A stretch of DNA of 64,000 nt, from contig CAKKPG010000012.1 in the NCBI GenBank assembly GCA_919901555.1, forward strand, positions 10,654 to 74,653, read 5' to 3'. Origin of the DNA: Nitrospiria bacterium. Lineage in GTDB: Bacteria > Nitrospirota > UBA9217. Below the pieces are notes generated by a model, which worked only from the letters and a program-made list of their open reading frames with translations, made no database searches and was not told the origin of the DNA. Positions 21,801 to 30,212 of this stretch are shown here, piece after piece (the first letter of the stretch is position 1; each line of letters begins with the position of its first letter). A program made the translations under genes and the position numbers.

Positions 21801-21935
21801 CTGTTCCACGGACGCTGCTTTCTGTTTCTCTGCGGCAAATGCAGCGGGTATCTGGAATAAAGGGCCAAATGACCATAGAAAACAGGTGAGAACAGTCCAT
21901 ACCGTGACTCGGAAGCTGAAAGAATAGGCGCGCAT
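18813..21935 (-). CDS. Membrane-anchored transglutaminase-like (papain-fold Cys-His-Asp) domain protein, cassette 1
   Basis: 1040 aa. N-terminal signal/anchor, K/E-rich coiled coil, then the core: LRIYEWVRNNIEY...GADQCLQSRICNDTDTASLLIALLRTSGISARYAYG (Cys), HVWVSAFIDY (His) and WIQLDPS (Asp). The C-terminus has several TM helices. GGAGAG SD before the ATG. Confidence 0.8.
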   Translation of the reverse strand: MRAYSFSFRVTVWTVLTCFLWSFGPLFQIPAAFAAEKQKAASVEQAPGKPVSREQKPEEKFEGVLEAIREKVGKASEKNAKGEDASAEIREVGNRKTQLADLNEQLQAEFAATEKKIAGLPREIRDRHTAFVKNYTANYTQLRDELNDIDAARTPAERKAKIEKVRLHLDKTRPKKLVQRLDPENLPFRVRKATKTVAPRLKKEEFERDFRKQKSHSSRNISDSRLMPDLLASKPQSKPVLLAFNEIASDVPLQLPRPLVGEGGGEGAILQVAFADSAPILLAQQTADIPTAADLSETPEVQFTPEIRAKAAELGNSPLRIYEWVRNNIEYAPTYGSIQGADQCLQSRICNDTDTASLLIALLRTSGISARYAYGTVDIPIEKAMNWVGDVTNPMMVGTILATNGVPVTLLKTSGSVYKYVRMEHVWVSAFIDYIPSRGAVHRQPDTWIQLDPSFKQYAYTQGIDIQSAVPFDAQTFANQLQSTSTINETEGYVTNVNSTLIQQTMQDYQTQVQNYIQQNHPNATVGDVVGKKEIIKQEFGILPETLPYKTVQIGSQFAQVPDNLRATISFSIPDSTGAGTGLFYSASLPELAGKKITLSFSPATANDQAVIESFLPQPHPDGTPIQPSELPSSFPAYLINLKSELRIDGQIVATGAPGTMGSAQSFTMSLNEPGIGLSNIDNMIQAGEYYGIGLDTGRVGGDRLNALKAKLETTKEKIVTQTYGGITKDDVVGDLLFMTITTYFNELDLSDEIAAKAQDAIRYRVPSIGLCSTQLAVQAVFGIPTWTGFGGMMMDVDRIMQAVFSKNGNTDNVRKYMLTSGSMSSALEHLIPERMYSTPSDVVQGISAVKALQIASDQGISIYTVNQTNINIILPQLQVSEDVKSVIANAVNAGKEVTVPRTNVSYNDRLLCGYIITDPVTGAGAYMISSGENGALLLIGVGLLLLALSILAGPIAFAILSLLLPIYLAFLNWLMTEASSTAQDCVAAIALNILAAITVRNILIVFITFRPVQILINSIRMYFAGSATQSNCLGNGLAY

Positions 21936-22276
21936 AATGGCTCTCCATGTATTCAGTTTATTAAAGCAAAAAACGAAAATCAGGTAATGCGTTACAGCGA
22001 AAGCAGGAAATTCTGATACCGTTCAAAACGCGAACCGTCGACCGGGAAAAACAAGAAAGGTGTTTCGTAAGGTAAAGCCTTCATAGCACAACCCTGTGTG
22101 CCTGTCAATCATATTATTGCAGTAAGGGACCATCACAATAATATGGTTTATCATTCTGCGTTAAGACTTTAAACTATGATTATTGACGAGAATATTATAA
22201 ATAGGCCAAAATAGCAAAGGATTTATTGGCCTATAGCCTATTAATTTATTCAGCTTTTTGCCTTATCCTCTAATGC

Positions 22277-22630
22277 ATGAAAACTGCCAAACTGCTTGTC
22301 GTGCTGGGGGAGAAAATACGGGAGGTAAGGAAAGGGAAAAAGCTTTCCCAGGAACGGCTTGCCGAACTGTCGAATTTGCACCCGACATATATTTCCGACA
22401 TCGAAAACGGCAAGGTGAACGCCTCCCTCTACAGCTACTATCAAATTGCTCAAGCCCTTACTATCCCGCTGTCCGAACTTGTCGTATTGCCTCAACCAAA
22501 GGCTGAACGACAAATCGAATTCAAGCTTACGGAGTTATTCAGCCAAGCGAGAGCTCTCGACAGAAAAAAGAAAGCCGTATTCATAGCGGCTGCCCGTGGT
22601 CTTCTTTCAGGGATCGATGAAGTGCTGTAG
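22277..22630 (+). CDS. XRE-family helix-turn-helix transcriptional regulator (divergent from cassette 1)
   Basis: 117 aa. LGEKIREVRKGKKLSQERLAELSNLHPTYISDIENGK is a canonical HTH_3. Confidence 0.8.
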   Translation: MKTAKLLVVLGEKIREVRKGKKLSQERLAELSNLHPTYISDIENGKVNASLYSYYQIAQALTIPLSELVVLPQPKAERQIEFKLTELFSQARALDRKKKAVFIAAARGLLSGIDEVL

Positions 22631-22697
22631 GCGGCTCGAATGAATGATGACGCCGCTCGGCGCAAACCCGGACGCGAAGAAAAGGCATTGGATTGCG

Positions 22698-23573
22698 CTA
22701 TGTCTCCCCTCGCTCGCGGAACAGCCGCGACGCTCTTGCCCGCAGCGTGCATACGGGGCAGCCTCCTCTTCTGTATCTATCGATGATTCTTTCTCGATAT
22801 TCATGCCCTTTCCGGCATTTCCACCATACGAGGCGCGTGGAAAATGGGGAGACGTCCTTCGGCGTCCAGGTCCCGTTCTTCGCAGAATGCCACTCGCGGG
22901 ACAGCCACGGCGCTTTGGCCTCAAGGCAGTTCTCCTCGGCCGGCCTTCGCCCTGAACAGTAAGGGCATCCGTCTCCTTCGCTTCTGTTCTCTACAACAGA
23001 TTGCCATTCATGACCTTTTCGGCATATCCACCAGACTTTTTTGTTGGATTTAGGGAGAACATCCTTCGGCGTCAAAGGAGCATTCTTCGTATGATGCCAC
23101 TCGCGGGCAAGCTTTGGATCTACGGCCTGAAGGCAGGTATCAGCGGTTGCTTGTCGTCCTGAGCAACAAGGGCACCCGTAACCGGAGGTCCTTCTATATA
23201 AGGGGGCCGGCCACTCATGCCCTTTCTTGCACACCCACCAGACTTTCCTGCCGGAGCCGGCAGTGACATCTTTCGTCGTCAGAGGAGCATTTTTCGTCGG
23301 ATGCCACTCCCTGGCCAGCTTCGGATTTACGGTTTTTAGACAATTGTCTTTATTCACTCTTCGTCCAGAGCAATATGGGCAGCCTTCGTCTCGGCCTCTG
23401 TCCGAGATGCGAGCATCCCACTCATGACCTTTATCGCAGAGCCACCAGACTTTGATATGCGCGCCAGGGGTCACATCCTTCGGCGTAAGCGGTGCGTTCT
23501 TCGTGGGGTGCCACTGGCGTGCGAGCGCCCTGTTCACTTTAGCGAGTGTAGGTTTCACGTTCTGTTTTATCAT
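22698..23573 (-). CDS. Protein of four tandem treble-clef zinc-ribbon repeats (DUF4379-like)
   Basis: 291 aa. Four repeats of about 63 aa: LAREWHPTKNAPLTPKDV...KVWW.C.KGHEW.......GCPYCSGRR. Its ATG overlaps the stop of the upstream 527-aa ORF (ATGA). Confidence 0.7.
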   Translation of the reverse strand: MIKQNVKPTLAKVNRALARQWHPTKNAPLTPKDVTPGAHIKVWWLCDKGHEWDARISDRGRDEGCPYCSGRRVNKDNCLKTVNPKLAREWHPTKNAPLTTKDVTAGSGRKVWWVCKKGHEWPAPLYRRTSGYGCPCCSGRQATADTCLQAVDPKLAREWHHTKNAPLTPKDVLPKSNKKVWWICRKGHEWQSVVENRSEGDGCPYCSGRRPAEENCLEAKAPWLSREWHSAKNGTWTPKDVSPFSTRLVWWKCRKGHEYRERIIDRYRRGGCPVCTLRARASRLFRERGET

Positions 23574-25096
23574 GCAATGTTACTGGCTTTGGTGAGTTCG
23601 GTTATCTGATTGCCTGAATCTGCAACCAGATAAAGAGTATGCGCACCGTCTCCCCTGAGGGTCACGCCGATTGTCCCGGTGCGGACCTCCGTGCCCGTAA
23701 GGCCGGAAATATTTCCGGTCTGGAGGAGCGTCCCGCCAGAGGCGGGGTCCCCGTCGTAGAGAGATATGGTAAATGCCCCTGTCTCGGACTCGCCCAGGTT
23801 TCTGACCTTGTATTCCAGAGTGAAGGCAGTTCCGGCACTCGGAACATAGGTCGAAGGCTTGAGGTCTTCGGAGTAAACGGCAATATCAGGTTCGGTTGCT
23901 ACCCAGATGCGGGATGAGGATTTGTTGTCACTCTCTGATGTTTCGGAGATGGTATTGTCCGGGTCTGCGACAACGAAGATCGTCTTGCCGCCGGTGCCGG
24001 TAAAGGATTGAGAGATGGATGCTTGAGACGATGAATTGACGGATAAAGAAGGAAGGATTTGATCGACACCAATTTGCATGCCGCCGGCAGAGGGATCTCC
24101 AAGATAAAACCGAACAACAATATCCGATGCACTGTCATAGCCTGAATTGCGAACGTTTGCGGTGAGCGTTATCGTCTCCCCTTCTCGCGGCATGGGATTG
24201 GTGAACGATACCGATGCTACTGAAAGGTTTGGTCGTACACTCGCCAGCGCACGAAGAGCCAAAGCGGTCGAGTAAGGATCATCATTCCAACTGCCATTAG
24301 CTGATTGACTTGTAGTCAGATAATTTACCGTTGCAGGAACGACCGCTGAAACATTCGATCCGCTTGCTATCAGGGCATCAAGCGCCAGAGCTGATTCGTA
24401 AACTTTTGACGGCGAACTTCCAAAACCACCATCGGCATTCTGCTTTGAAAGCAGATAAGCGACAGCCTTGTCTATTGAGCTTTGGACATTGAAGGTAACA
24501 TTATTGTATGACGCTAACATTTGAAGTATAGTAGCAGTCAAGTAAACATTGCTGACCGCGTCATCCTTGAATCCCCAGCCGCCATCATTTTTTTGATTCG
24601 AAGTAAGATAATTTATCGCTTGGAAGAGAACGCCAAAGTCGGAATAATTTGCTGAACGAAGAGCTTGCAAGGCAAGGGTGGTATCTAAAATGCCGTCGTC
24701 AAAACCCTTATGTGTCCCCCAGCCGCCAACAACAAGATCGCGATAATAGAGCAGCACTTCGACTTCAGCGGATGCATCCATACCTGCTCGTTTGAGCGCG
24801 GCAATCCGCCGTGAGAGATAATCCGTTGGCGAAACAGCCTGGCTGCTGAGCCACGTAAGACCCTCAGTATACGTCGAACTCGTTGGCTCAAAGACATAGA
24901 CAGCATCCAGCGCAGCGGATGTGGAGTAGTACTCAGTCGTCTCTACAGCGGGCCAATTACCGGTAGTGGTCTGGGCGGAATTGAGCCACCTGAGGCCTGT
25001 CGGAATTTGCGGTATTTGAGCGGATGCAAAAGAGGTAAATAAAAACATTAAGAATGAACCAATCAGAAAGCTCAAGCGACTTGCTCTTTTGAACAT
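23570..25096 (-). CDS. Truncated paralog of the giant protein (signal peptide, alpha/alpha-toroid domain and about 2.5 CARDB modules); possibly a decayed copy
   Basis: Start MFKRASRLSFLIG at 25096 with a GGAGGAGG SD. About 80 aa of the mature N-terminus are identical to the giant protein. It ends inside a CARDB module (LYLVADSGNQITELTKASNIA-stop) where the giant protein continues. Confidence 0.6.
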   Translation of the reverse strand: MFKRASRLSFLIGSFLMFLFTSFASAQIPQIPTGLRWLNSAQTTTGNWPAVETTEYYSTSAALDAVYVFEPTSSTYTEGLTWLSSQAVSPTDYLSRRIAALKRAGMDASAEVEVLLYYRDLVVGGWGTHKGFDDGILDTTLALQALRSANYSDFGVLFQAINYLTSNQKNDGGWGFKDDAVSNVYLTATILQMLASYNNVTFNVQSSIDKAVAYLLSKQNADGGFGSSPSKVYESALALDALIASGSNVSAVVPATVNYLTTSQSANGSWNDDPYSTALALRALASVRPNLSVASVSFTNPMPREGETITLTANVRNSGYDSASDIVVRFYLGDPSAGGMQIGVDQILPSLSVNSSSQASISQSFTGTGGKTIFVVADPDNTISETSESDNKSSSRIWVATEPDIAVYSEDLKPSTYVPSAGTAFTLEYKVRNLGESETGAFTISLYDGDPASGGTLLQTGNISGLTGTEVRTGTIGVTLRGDGAHTLYLVADSGNQITELTKASNIA

Positions 25097-25160
25097 AGCT
25101 CCTCCTCCGACACCGATGATCCCAGCATGCATGATAACCACAGGCGCAAGCATAGAAAAA

Positions 25161-25484
25161 TTATCGTTTATAAAAAATAAACAAAAAAAGTAAAATCAGA
25201 ACAAAAAATATTATTGAGTATAAAATAACCTCTGCAGGTTTATAGCCCTGTTGTAACTTCAGAATAAGGGGATGCCGTTTTTCTTTAAGCAGAGCGAGAA
25301 GAATAGCGGCCAATGCGATAACGGATAATATAACAATTGCAAAAGGATCGTTCCGAGATTCAAAAATTCCTAAGCCAACAAAGAAAAGTGAAAAAAAGAA
25401 AATAATTATATTTTTGTTTGCTCGCAAGTAGCGAAAAAACAGGTACAAAGCAATCGATAGATTCAGAAATGCTATTTTATTCAT
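25161..25484 (-). CDS. Small AT-rich multi-TM membrane protein (cassette 2, third)
   Basis: 107 aa, hydrophobic. Overlaps the upstream ORF by 8 nt (translational coupling). Confidence 0.5.
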   Translation of the reverse strand: MNKIAFLNLSIALYLFFRYLRANKNIIIFFFSLFFVGLGIFESRNDPFAIVILSVIALAAILLALLKEKRHPLILKLQQGYKPAEVILYSIIFFVLILLFLFIFYKR

Positions 25485-25884
25485 TTTTCTGATCCCCCAT
25501 TATCTTATTGTCTAATCGTTCGTTTATAGTTTTCAAAAAAGACTCAAGTATCAATACAGCAGCACAAACTATCCAGACTTCGAATAAAACAAAAGGGAAA
25601 ATACTTTTAGGGAAATTTTTTAATAAGTCGTCTGGTAATAACCAGAGAGAGAGCATTGCAATGCTTACTATGATACAAGAATAAATTAATTCTTTCTTTA
25701 TTTGTCGGATTTTAGTGAGTGCTGTGCTGTTGCTAGCGATTATTGACTTAAAATCTTTTGTCTTATACATGAGTGAAGACGATAGACTATTAATCAACTT
25801 TTGCCTTTGATATTTACTAACCCTGACGGCAAAAATTGAAAAAAGGATTACTATTACTCCACTAAGCAATACGAATATCTTCAT
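25477..25884 (-). CDS. Small AT-rich multi-TM membrane protein (cassette 2, second)
   Basis: 135 aa with 3-4 TM segments. AT-rich. Confidence 0.5.
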   Translation of the reverse strand: MKIFVLLSGVIVILFSIFAVRVSKYQRQKLINSLSSSLMYKTKDFKSIIASNSTALTKIRQIKKELIYSCIIVSIAMLSLWLLPDDLLKNFPKSIFPFVLFEVWIVCAAVLILESFLKTINERLDNKIMGDQKNE

Positions 25885-25926
25885 TATATTATTTCACCAG
25901 CCAAGCGCCTACAGTTTTTGCGCCGT

Positions 25927-26349
25927 TTAATAGCTTTTCCGTGTTGCAAACCTGAAGTGTTGCTTGAAGCTAAAGTCTTCTACTCTTAATAATCTGTAGA
26001 AATAAATTATCGACGCCAATATGCTGAATGCCCCTGCGATAATAATTAAGAAAGCAAATACATTATCGATATCACGAAGTGAGATAAAGAGATTCCCGTC
26101 AAAAGTCGCAAATATTTTTGCAACTATAAAGTGCGCTAAGCTATTAAGCTCCATAAATATAAATGCAAATAACCAAAAACGATGCTTAATTAAAACGGCA
26201 AAAAAGAAAAAAATTAAAAGCGAAAATAAATAATCGCTCATATCATATTTTTTTAGTGGTACAACACTAAAAATTAATAGGAAGTTCCAAACGAATGCAT
26301 AGAAATTAACCAAAATTAAAACCTTTAAAATAACTCTCTCTTTCATCAT
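25927..26349 (-). CDS. Small AT-rich multi-TM membrane protein (cassette 2, first)
   Basis: 140 aa, 4 TM. Lies immediately downstream of the transglutaminase-like gene. Confidence 0.5.
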   Translation of the reverse strand: MMKERVILKVLILVNFYAFVWNFLLIFSVVPLKKYDMSDYLFSLLIFFFFAVLIKHRFWLFAFIFMELNSLAHFIVAKIFATFDGNLFISLRDIDNVFAFLIIIAGAFSILASIIYFYRLLRVEDFSFKQHFRFATRKSY

Positions 26350-26379
26350 AAACCTCCTTTTCTATTGCCTTTCCACTTC

Positions 26380-29300
26380 TCACTGAACAGGGGGGTCGCA
26401 GTGAGTAGCTAATTCTCTGCATTTTGCGCCCTGATTAACGGCCCATGCCACCATACCTGCGCCAATCAGTATTGCAGCAGCATATCCGAACCACCCTCCA
26501 AAGAATTGCATTACCATCGCTATTCCTAAAAATCCTTTAAACAGTTTCTCCAAGCTGCCACTAACAACGAGACCAACACAACCCCAATATTCACTACTAT
26601 GAAAATATTTTATACAATTGCCACCTGCCTGACTAATATAGGTTTCCTCGAGTTCCGCTGCAGCTGCTTCTGTTACTAAGAAGTGTAACGCGATATTAAC
26701 AAAGGGGGCCAGGAGGAAGCCTCCACTTGTCCCTCCGCTTATCATGTACGCTCCGGCACCCGTATTGGGATCTATAATTATATAGCCACACCCGTCCCAG
26801 CCGTTAATATTTATATTCCTTTTCGGAACCGCAATTATTTTTCCCGCATTCAGAGCATCTTGAATATGTTTTTTGACGTCAGCGGCGACTTGAAGTTGTG
26901 AATTAATTATGCTTGCATTTTCCTGATTAATACTATAAATCGGTATGCCCTGCTCACTTGCTATCTGTAACGCTTTAACCGCTGAAAGCCCCTCAACTGA
27001 ATTGCTTGGTGTAGAAAATATCTGCTCTGGGGTTCTGCTTTCGAAAGCAGAAGACACCCCGCCTGATGCGAGCATGTATTCTCTCAATTTGTTCATATCT
27101 CCGTCTTTGCTAAACACGGCTTGCATAATCCTGTCCACATCCATCATCATACCCTTGGAACTGACGGTTTTTGGTATGCCAAATATTTCCTCGACATTCA
27201 TGTGCAAATAGAACATTCCTACAGATGATGTCCTGTATCGAATCACATTTTTTACCTTAGCTGTAATTTCATCAACGGTATCGAGGTCGGCGAAATAATT
27301 AATAGCTGTAAAATACAGCAAATCACCGACAAGAGCATCTTTCGTAAGAGTGGTATAATCTTTTGTCACTAAAAGATTTTTCGTTTCGGCGAGTTTGTCC
27401 TTTATATTTCTCAAAACCTTCTCAGCAATCTTACCTGTATTTAAACCTATACCAAAATATTCACCAGCTTGAATTATATTATCGATACGGCTCACACCAA
27501 AACCCGGCTCAGTAAGCGACATGGTGAACGATTGTGCGCTTCCCATAGTGACAGAAGAACCAGTTGCCACAACCAGGCCCTCTATGCGGAGTTCTGGCTT
27601 GAGATTGATGAGATACGCTGGCAATGAGCCGGGGGTTGCTTGAAGATATGTTTCTATAATGGTTTTATCGTTGGCTGTAGCCGGTGAGAAGGAGAGCGTG
27701 ATCTTCTTTCCAGCTATCTGAGGCAGGCTGGTGCTATAGGAAAGTCCAGCACTCATGCCAGTGGGGTCGGGAATGCTGAAGCTGATGGTCGCGCGGAGAC
27801 TGTCGGGAATCTGTGCAAACTGCAATCCAACAAGGATGGTCTTATACGGCAGCGTCTCGGGCAGGATTCCGAATTCCTGTTTAATGATCTCCTTCTTCCC
27901 GAGAACATCGCCGACAGTGGCGTTGGGATAGTTTTGGTTGATGTAATTCTGAACCTGTGTTTGATAATCCTGCATGGTCTGCTGGACCAAAGCGGAGTTC
28001 ACATTCGTTACATACCCTTCTGTTTCGTTGATAGTGGCTGTTGCCTTGATCTGGTCTGCCAAAGCTTGGGCATCAAAGGGCACAGCTGTCTTGATATCGA
28101 TTCCCTGGGTGTAAGTGTACTGCTTGTAGCTCGGGTCGAGCGGCACCCAGGTATCGCCCTGTTTGTGGACCGCCCCGCGACTTGGAATATAGTCGATCCA
28201 AGCCCTTACGTAAACATGTTCGAGTTGTACGGCTTTATATGTTCCGCCGCTTGTCTTCATGAGTGTTACTGGTATGCCATTGGTGGCGAGAATCGTTCCA
28301 GCCATCTTTGGGTCAGTCACACCACCGACGAGGTTCATGGCTTTTTCGATGGGAATTTCGATTGTGGAATATTCGTAATGGGAGTATACCCCTGATACTC
28401 TGAGGAGAGCGATGAGCAAACTGGCAGTGTCGGTGTCGTTGCAAATCCTTGACTGAAGGCACTGGTCCGCCCCCTGGATACTGCCATAGGTGGGTGCGTA
28501 TTCGATGTTATTGCGAACCCATTCGTAGATTCTGAGCGGTGAGTAACTGAGTTCCTGGGCCTTGGCCTTGATGTCGTCAGTGAACTGTATTTCGATCCCG
28601 TTTTCGGCGAGGTCTTCGGCTGTCGGCGCGTCGCCCGCTTGCGCAAGGAGGAATGATGATGAATCGGAGAAAGCTAATTGTGATTGCAAGTTGAGGATTT
28701 CAGATTTCGGATTGAGACCACCCCTCACCCCCGCCCTCTCCCCTGATGGGCGAGGAATTTGGAAAGGAACGTCGCTCGCAGTTTCATTGAATGCCAGGAG
28801 AACGGGTTTGTATTGCCGGCGGCTCGACAGAAGATCAGGCATCAACCGGATTTCGGCAACCTTCCGTTTGTTCTGCGTCTTCTGTTGTGGAAAGTCACGC
28901 TCGAAGTCTTCCCGTTTCAAGCGCGGTTCGCGCGTCTTTGTAACCTTTCTGGCTTTAAACGGCAAATTGTTCGGATCAAGTTTTTGATGGCGCGAGGGGC
29001 CTTTGGTCTTTTCGAGAAATACCCTGACCTTCCCGGCTGCAATCCTGGCTTCGTCCCCTGTCTTTGCTTTTTCTACACCGTCCAGGTGGGTCCTGAGAGC
29101 GCTCAGGCCCTCACCGTATCTCTTCACGAACGCCCTCTGCCGCTGTTTAATCACCTCCGGGAGGTTTTTGATCTTGGTTTCGGTTTCCTTGAATTGCCTC
29201 TGTAATTCCGTGTCAAGCGTCTCCAACTCGCTCTTCTCGGCTTTGAGCTTCTCGCGGTCCTCTCCTGCTTCTCCTATCCGGTTGAGGCTCTCCCGGAATT

Positions 29301-29478
29301 TTTCTTCGGTCGATTTTCGTCTTTCCTGTCCGCTGGTCGCCGCCTTTTGCCCTTTCGTCCCCCTGGACCCCGCCGCGGCATAAGAGGCTGGAATTTGGAA
29401 TAAAGGCCCGAAACACCATAAATACAGCATGAGGGTGATACTGGCCGTGATTTTCAAATTCATAGAATAAGTCCGCAT
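26380..29478 (-). CDS. Membrane-anchored transglutaminase-like domain protein, cassette 2
   Basis: 1032 aa, a paralog of 18813..21935 with the same coiled coil, TGase core (ICNDTDTASLLIALLRVSG / HVYVRAWIDY / WVPLDPS) and C-terminal TM region. Confidence 0.8.
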   Translation of the reverse strand: MRTYSMNLKITASITLMLYLWCFGPLFQIPASYAAAGSRGTKGQKAATSGQERRKSTEEKFRESLNRIGEAGEDREKLKAEKSELETLDTELQRQFKETETKIKNLPEVIKQRQRAFVKRYGEGLSALRTHLDGVEKAKTGDEARIAAGKVRVFLEKTKGPSRHQKLDPNNLPFKARKVTKTREPRLKREDFERDFPQQKTQNKRKVAEIRLMPDLLSSRRQYKPVLLAFNETASDVPFQIPRPSGERAGVRGGLNPKSEILNLQSQLAFSDSSSFLLAQAGDAPTAEDLAENGIEIQFTDDIKAKAQELSYSPLRIYEWVRNNIEYAPTYGSIQGADQCLQSRICNDTDTASLLIALLRVSGVYSHYEYSTIEIPIEKAMNLVGGVTDPKMAGTILATNGIPVTLMKTSGGTYKAVQLEHVYVRAWIDYIPSRGAVHKQGDTWVPLDPSYKQYTYTQGIDIKTAVPFDAQALADQIKATATINETEGYVTNVNSALVQQTMQDYQTQVQNYINQNYPNATVGDVLGKKEIIKQEFGILPETLPYKTILVGLQFAQIPDSLRATISFSIPDPTGMSAGLSYSTSLPQIAGKKITLSFSPATANDKTIIETYLQATPGSLPAYLINLKPELRIEGLVVATGSSVTMGSAQSFTMSLTEPGFGVSRIDNIIQAGEYFGIGLNTGKIAEKVLRNIKDKLAETKNLLVTKDYTTLTKDALVGDLLYFTAINYFADLDTVDEITAKVKNVIRYRTSSVGMFYLHMNVEEIFGIPKTVSSKGMMMDVDRIMQAVFSKDGDMNKLREYMLASGGVSSAFESRTPEQIFSTPSNSVEGLSAVKALQIASEQGIPIYSINQENASIINSQLQVAADVKKHIQDALNAGKIIAVPKRNININGWDGCGYIIIDPNTGAGAYMISGGTSGGFLLAPFVNIALHFLVTEAAAAELEETYISQAGGNCIKYFHSSEYWGCVGLVVSGSLEKLFKGFLGIAMVMQFFGGWFGYAAAILIGAGMVAWAVNQGAKCRELATHCDPPVQ

Positions 29479-29742
29479 GGTTTGTTCTCCATTTATTCAG
29501 TTTTTAAAGCAAAAGCTAAAACAGGTAATGCCTGTCTGCGTGCGGTCACGCACAGGCAGGCGTTAATGCAAAAGCAGTAATTCTGATACTGATCTAATCG
29601 TGATTCGTCGAACCAGCAAATGTTGTAAGGAAGGTGCTGCTTTTAGATTGTCTTTTGTAGCATAATTTTATTTTACAGTCAATGCAAACTGCCACATCTT
29701 GACAGATTGATGAAATGGTGATATTTCCACGTATTGCCATTA

Positions 29743-29772
29743 TTTATACATGCAATAGACAGATATTGTCAA
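29743..29772 (-). promoter_or_regulatory. Candidate sigma-70 promoter for the cassette 2 transglutaminase-like operon (TTGACA-18 nt-TATAAA on the minus strand)
   Basis: The reverse complement reads ttgacaatatctgtctattgcatgtataaa. Sits about 260 nt upstream of the ATG at 29478 and would give a long leader containing the element conserved with cassette 1. Confidence 0.45.
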
Positions 29773-29830
29773 GTAATTTCTTTGTATTGCATTGTTTTCA
29801 TGACAAGCAAATGCTTCTATTATTGCACTC

Positions 29831-30163
29831 ATGAAAATCAAGAGCGCCTCTATTAAACAACAAGTGGGCTTACGCATCAAACATGTAAGAAAAACCAGGG
29901 GCCTATCTCAGGAAAAACTCTCCGAGAAGGTCGCCATGAGTTCGAAGTATTTGAGCAGTATCGAAAGAGGGAAAGAGAACCCTACTTTGGATACCTTCAT
30001 TAAATTGGCACAGGCATTGAACGTCGAAATTTCTGAATTGTTCAATTATGCCGGCGAAAAGTCCGTTCAGGAATCTAAAAAGTACCTCCTCGATTTAATG
30101 AAGGGCAGTGACAAGGAGAAGCTTGATCTCGCGGTTAAGATGCTAAGAGCGCTTTACTTGTAG
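29831..30163 (+). CDS. XRE-family helix-turn-helix transcriptional regulator (divergent from cassette 2)
   Basis: 110 aa. VGLRIKHVRKTRGLSQEKLSEKVAMSSKYLSSIERGK is an HTH_3. Confidence 0.8.
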   Translation: MKIKSASIKQQVGLRIKHVRKTRGLSQEKLSEKVAMSSKYLSSIERGKENPTLDTFIKLAQALNVEISELFNYAGEKSVQESKKYLLDLMKGSDKEKLDLAVKMLRALYL

Positions 30164-30212
30164 TTGTCCTTTTCCATTTCAAAACTCCTTTCTTATTCTC
30201 GCCGCCACGCGG

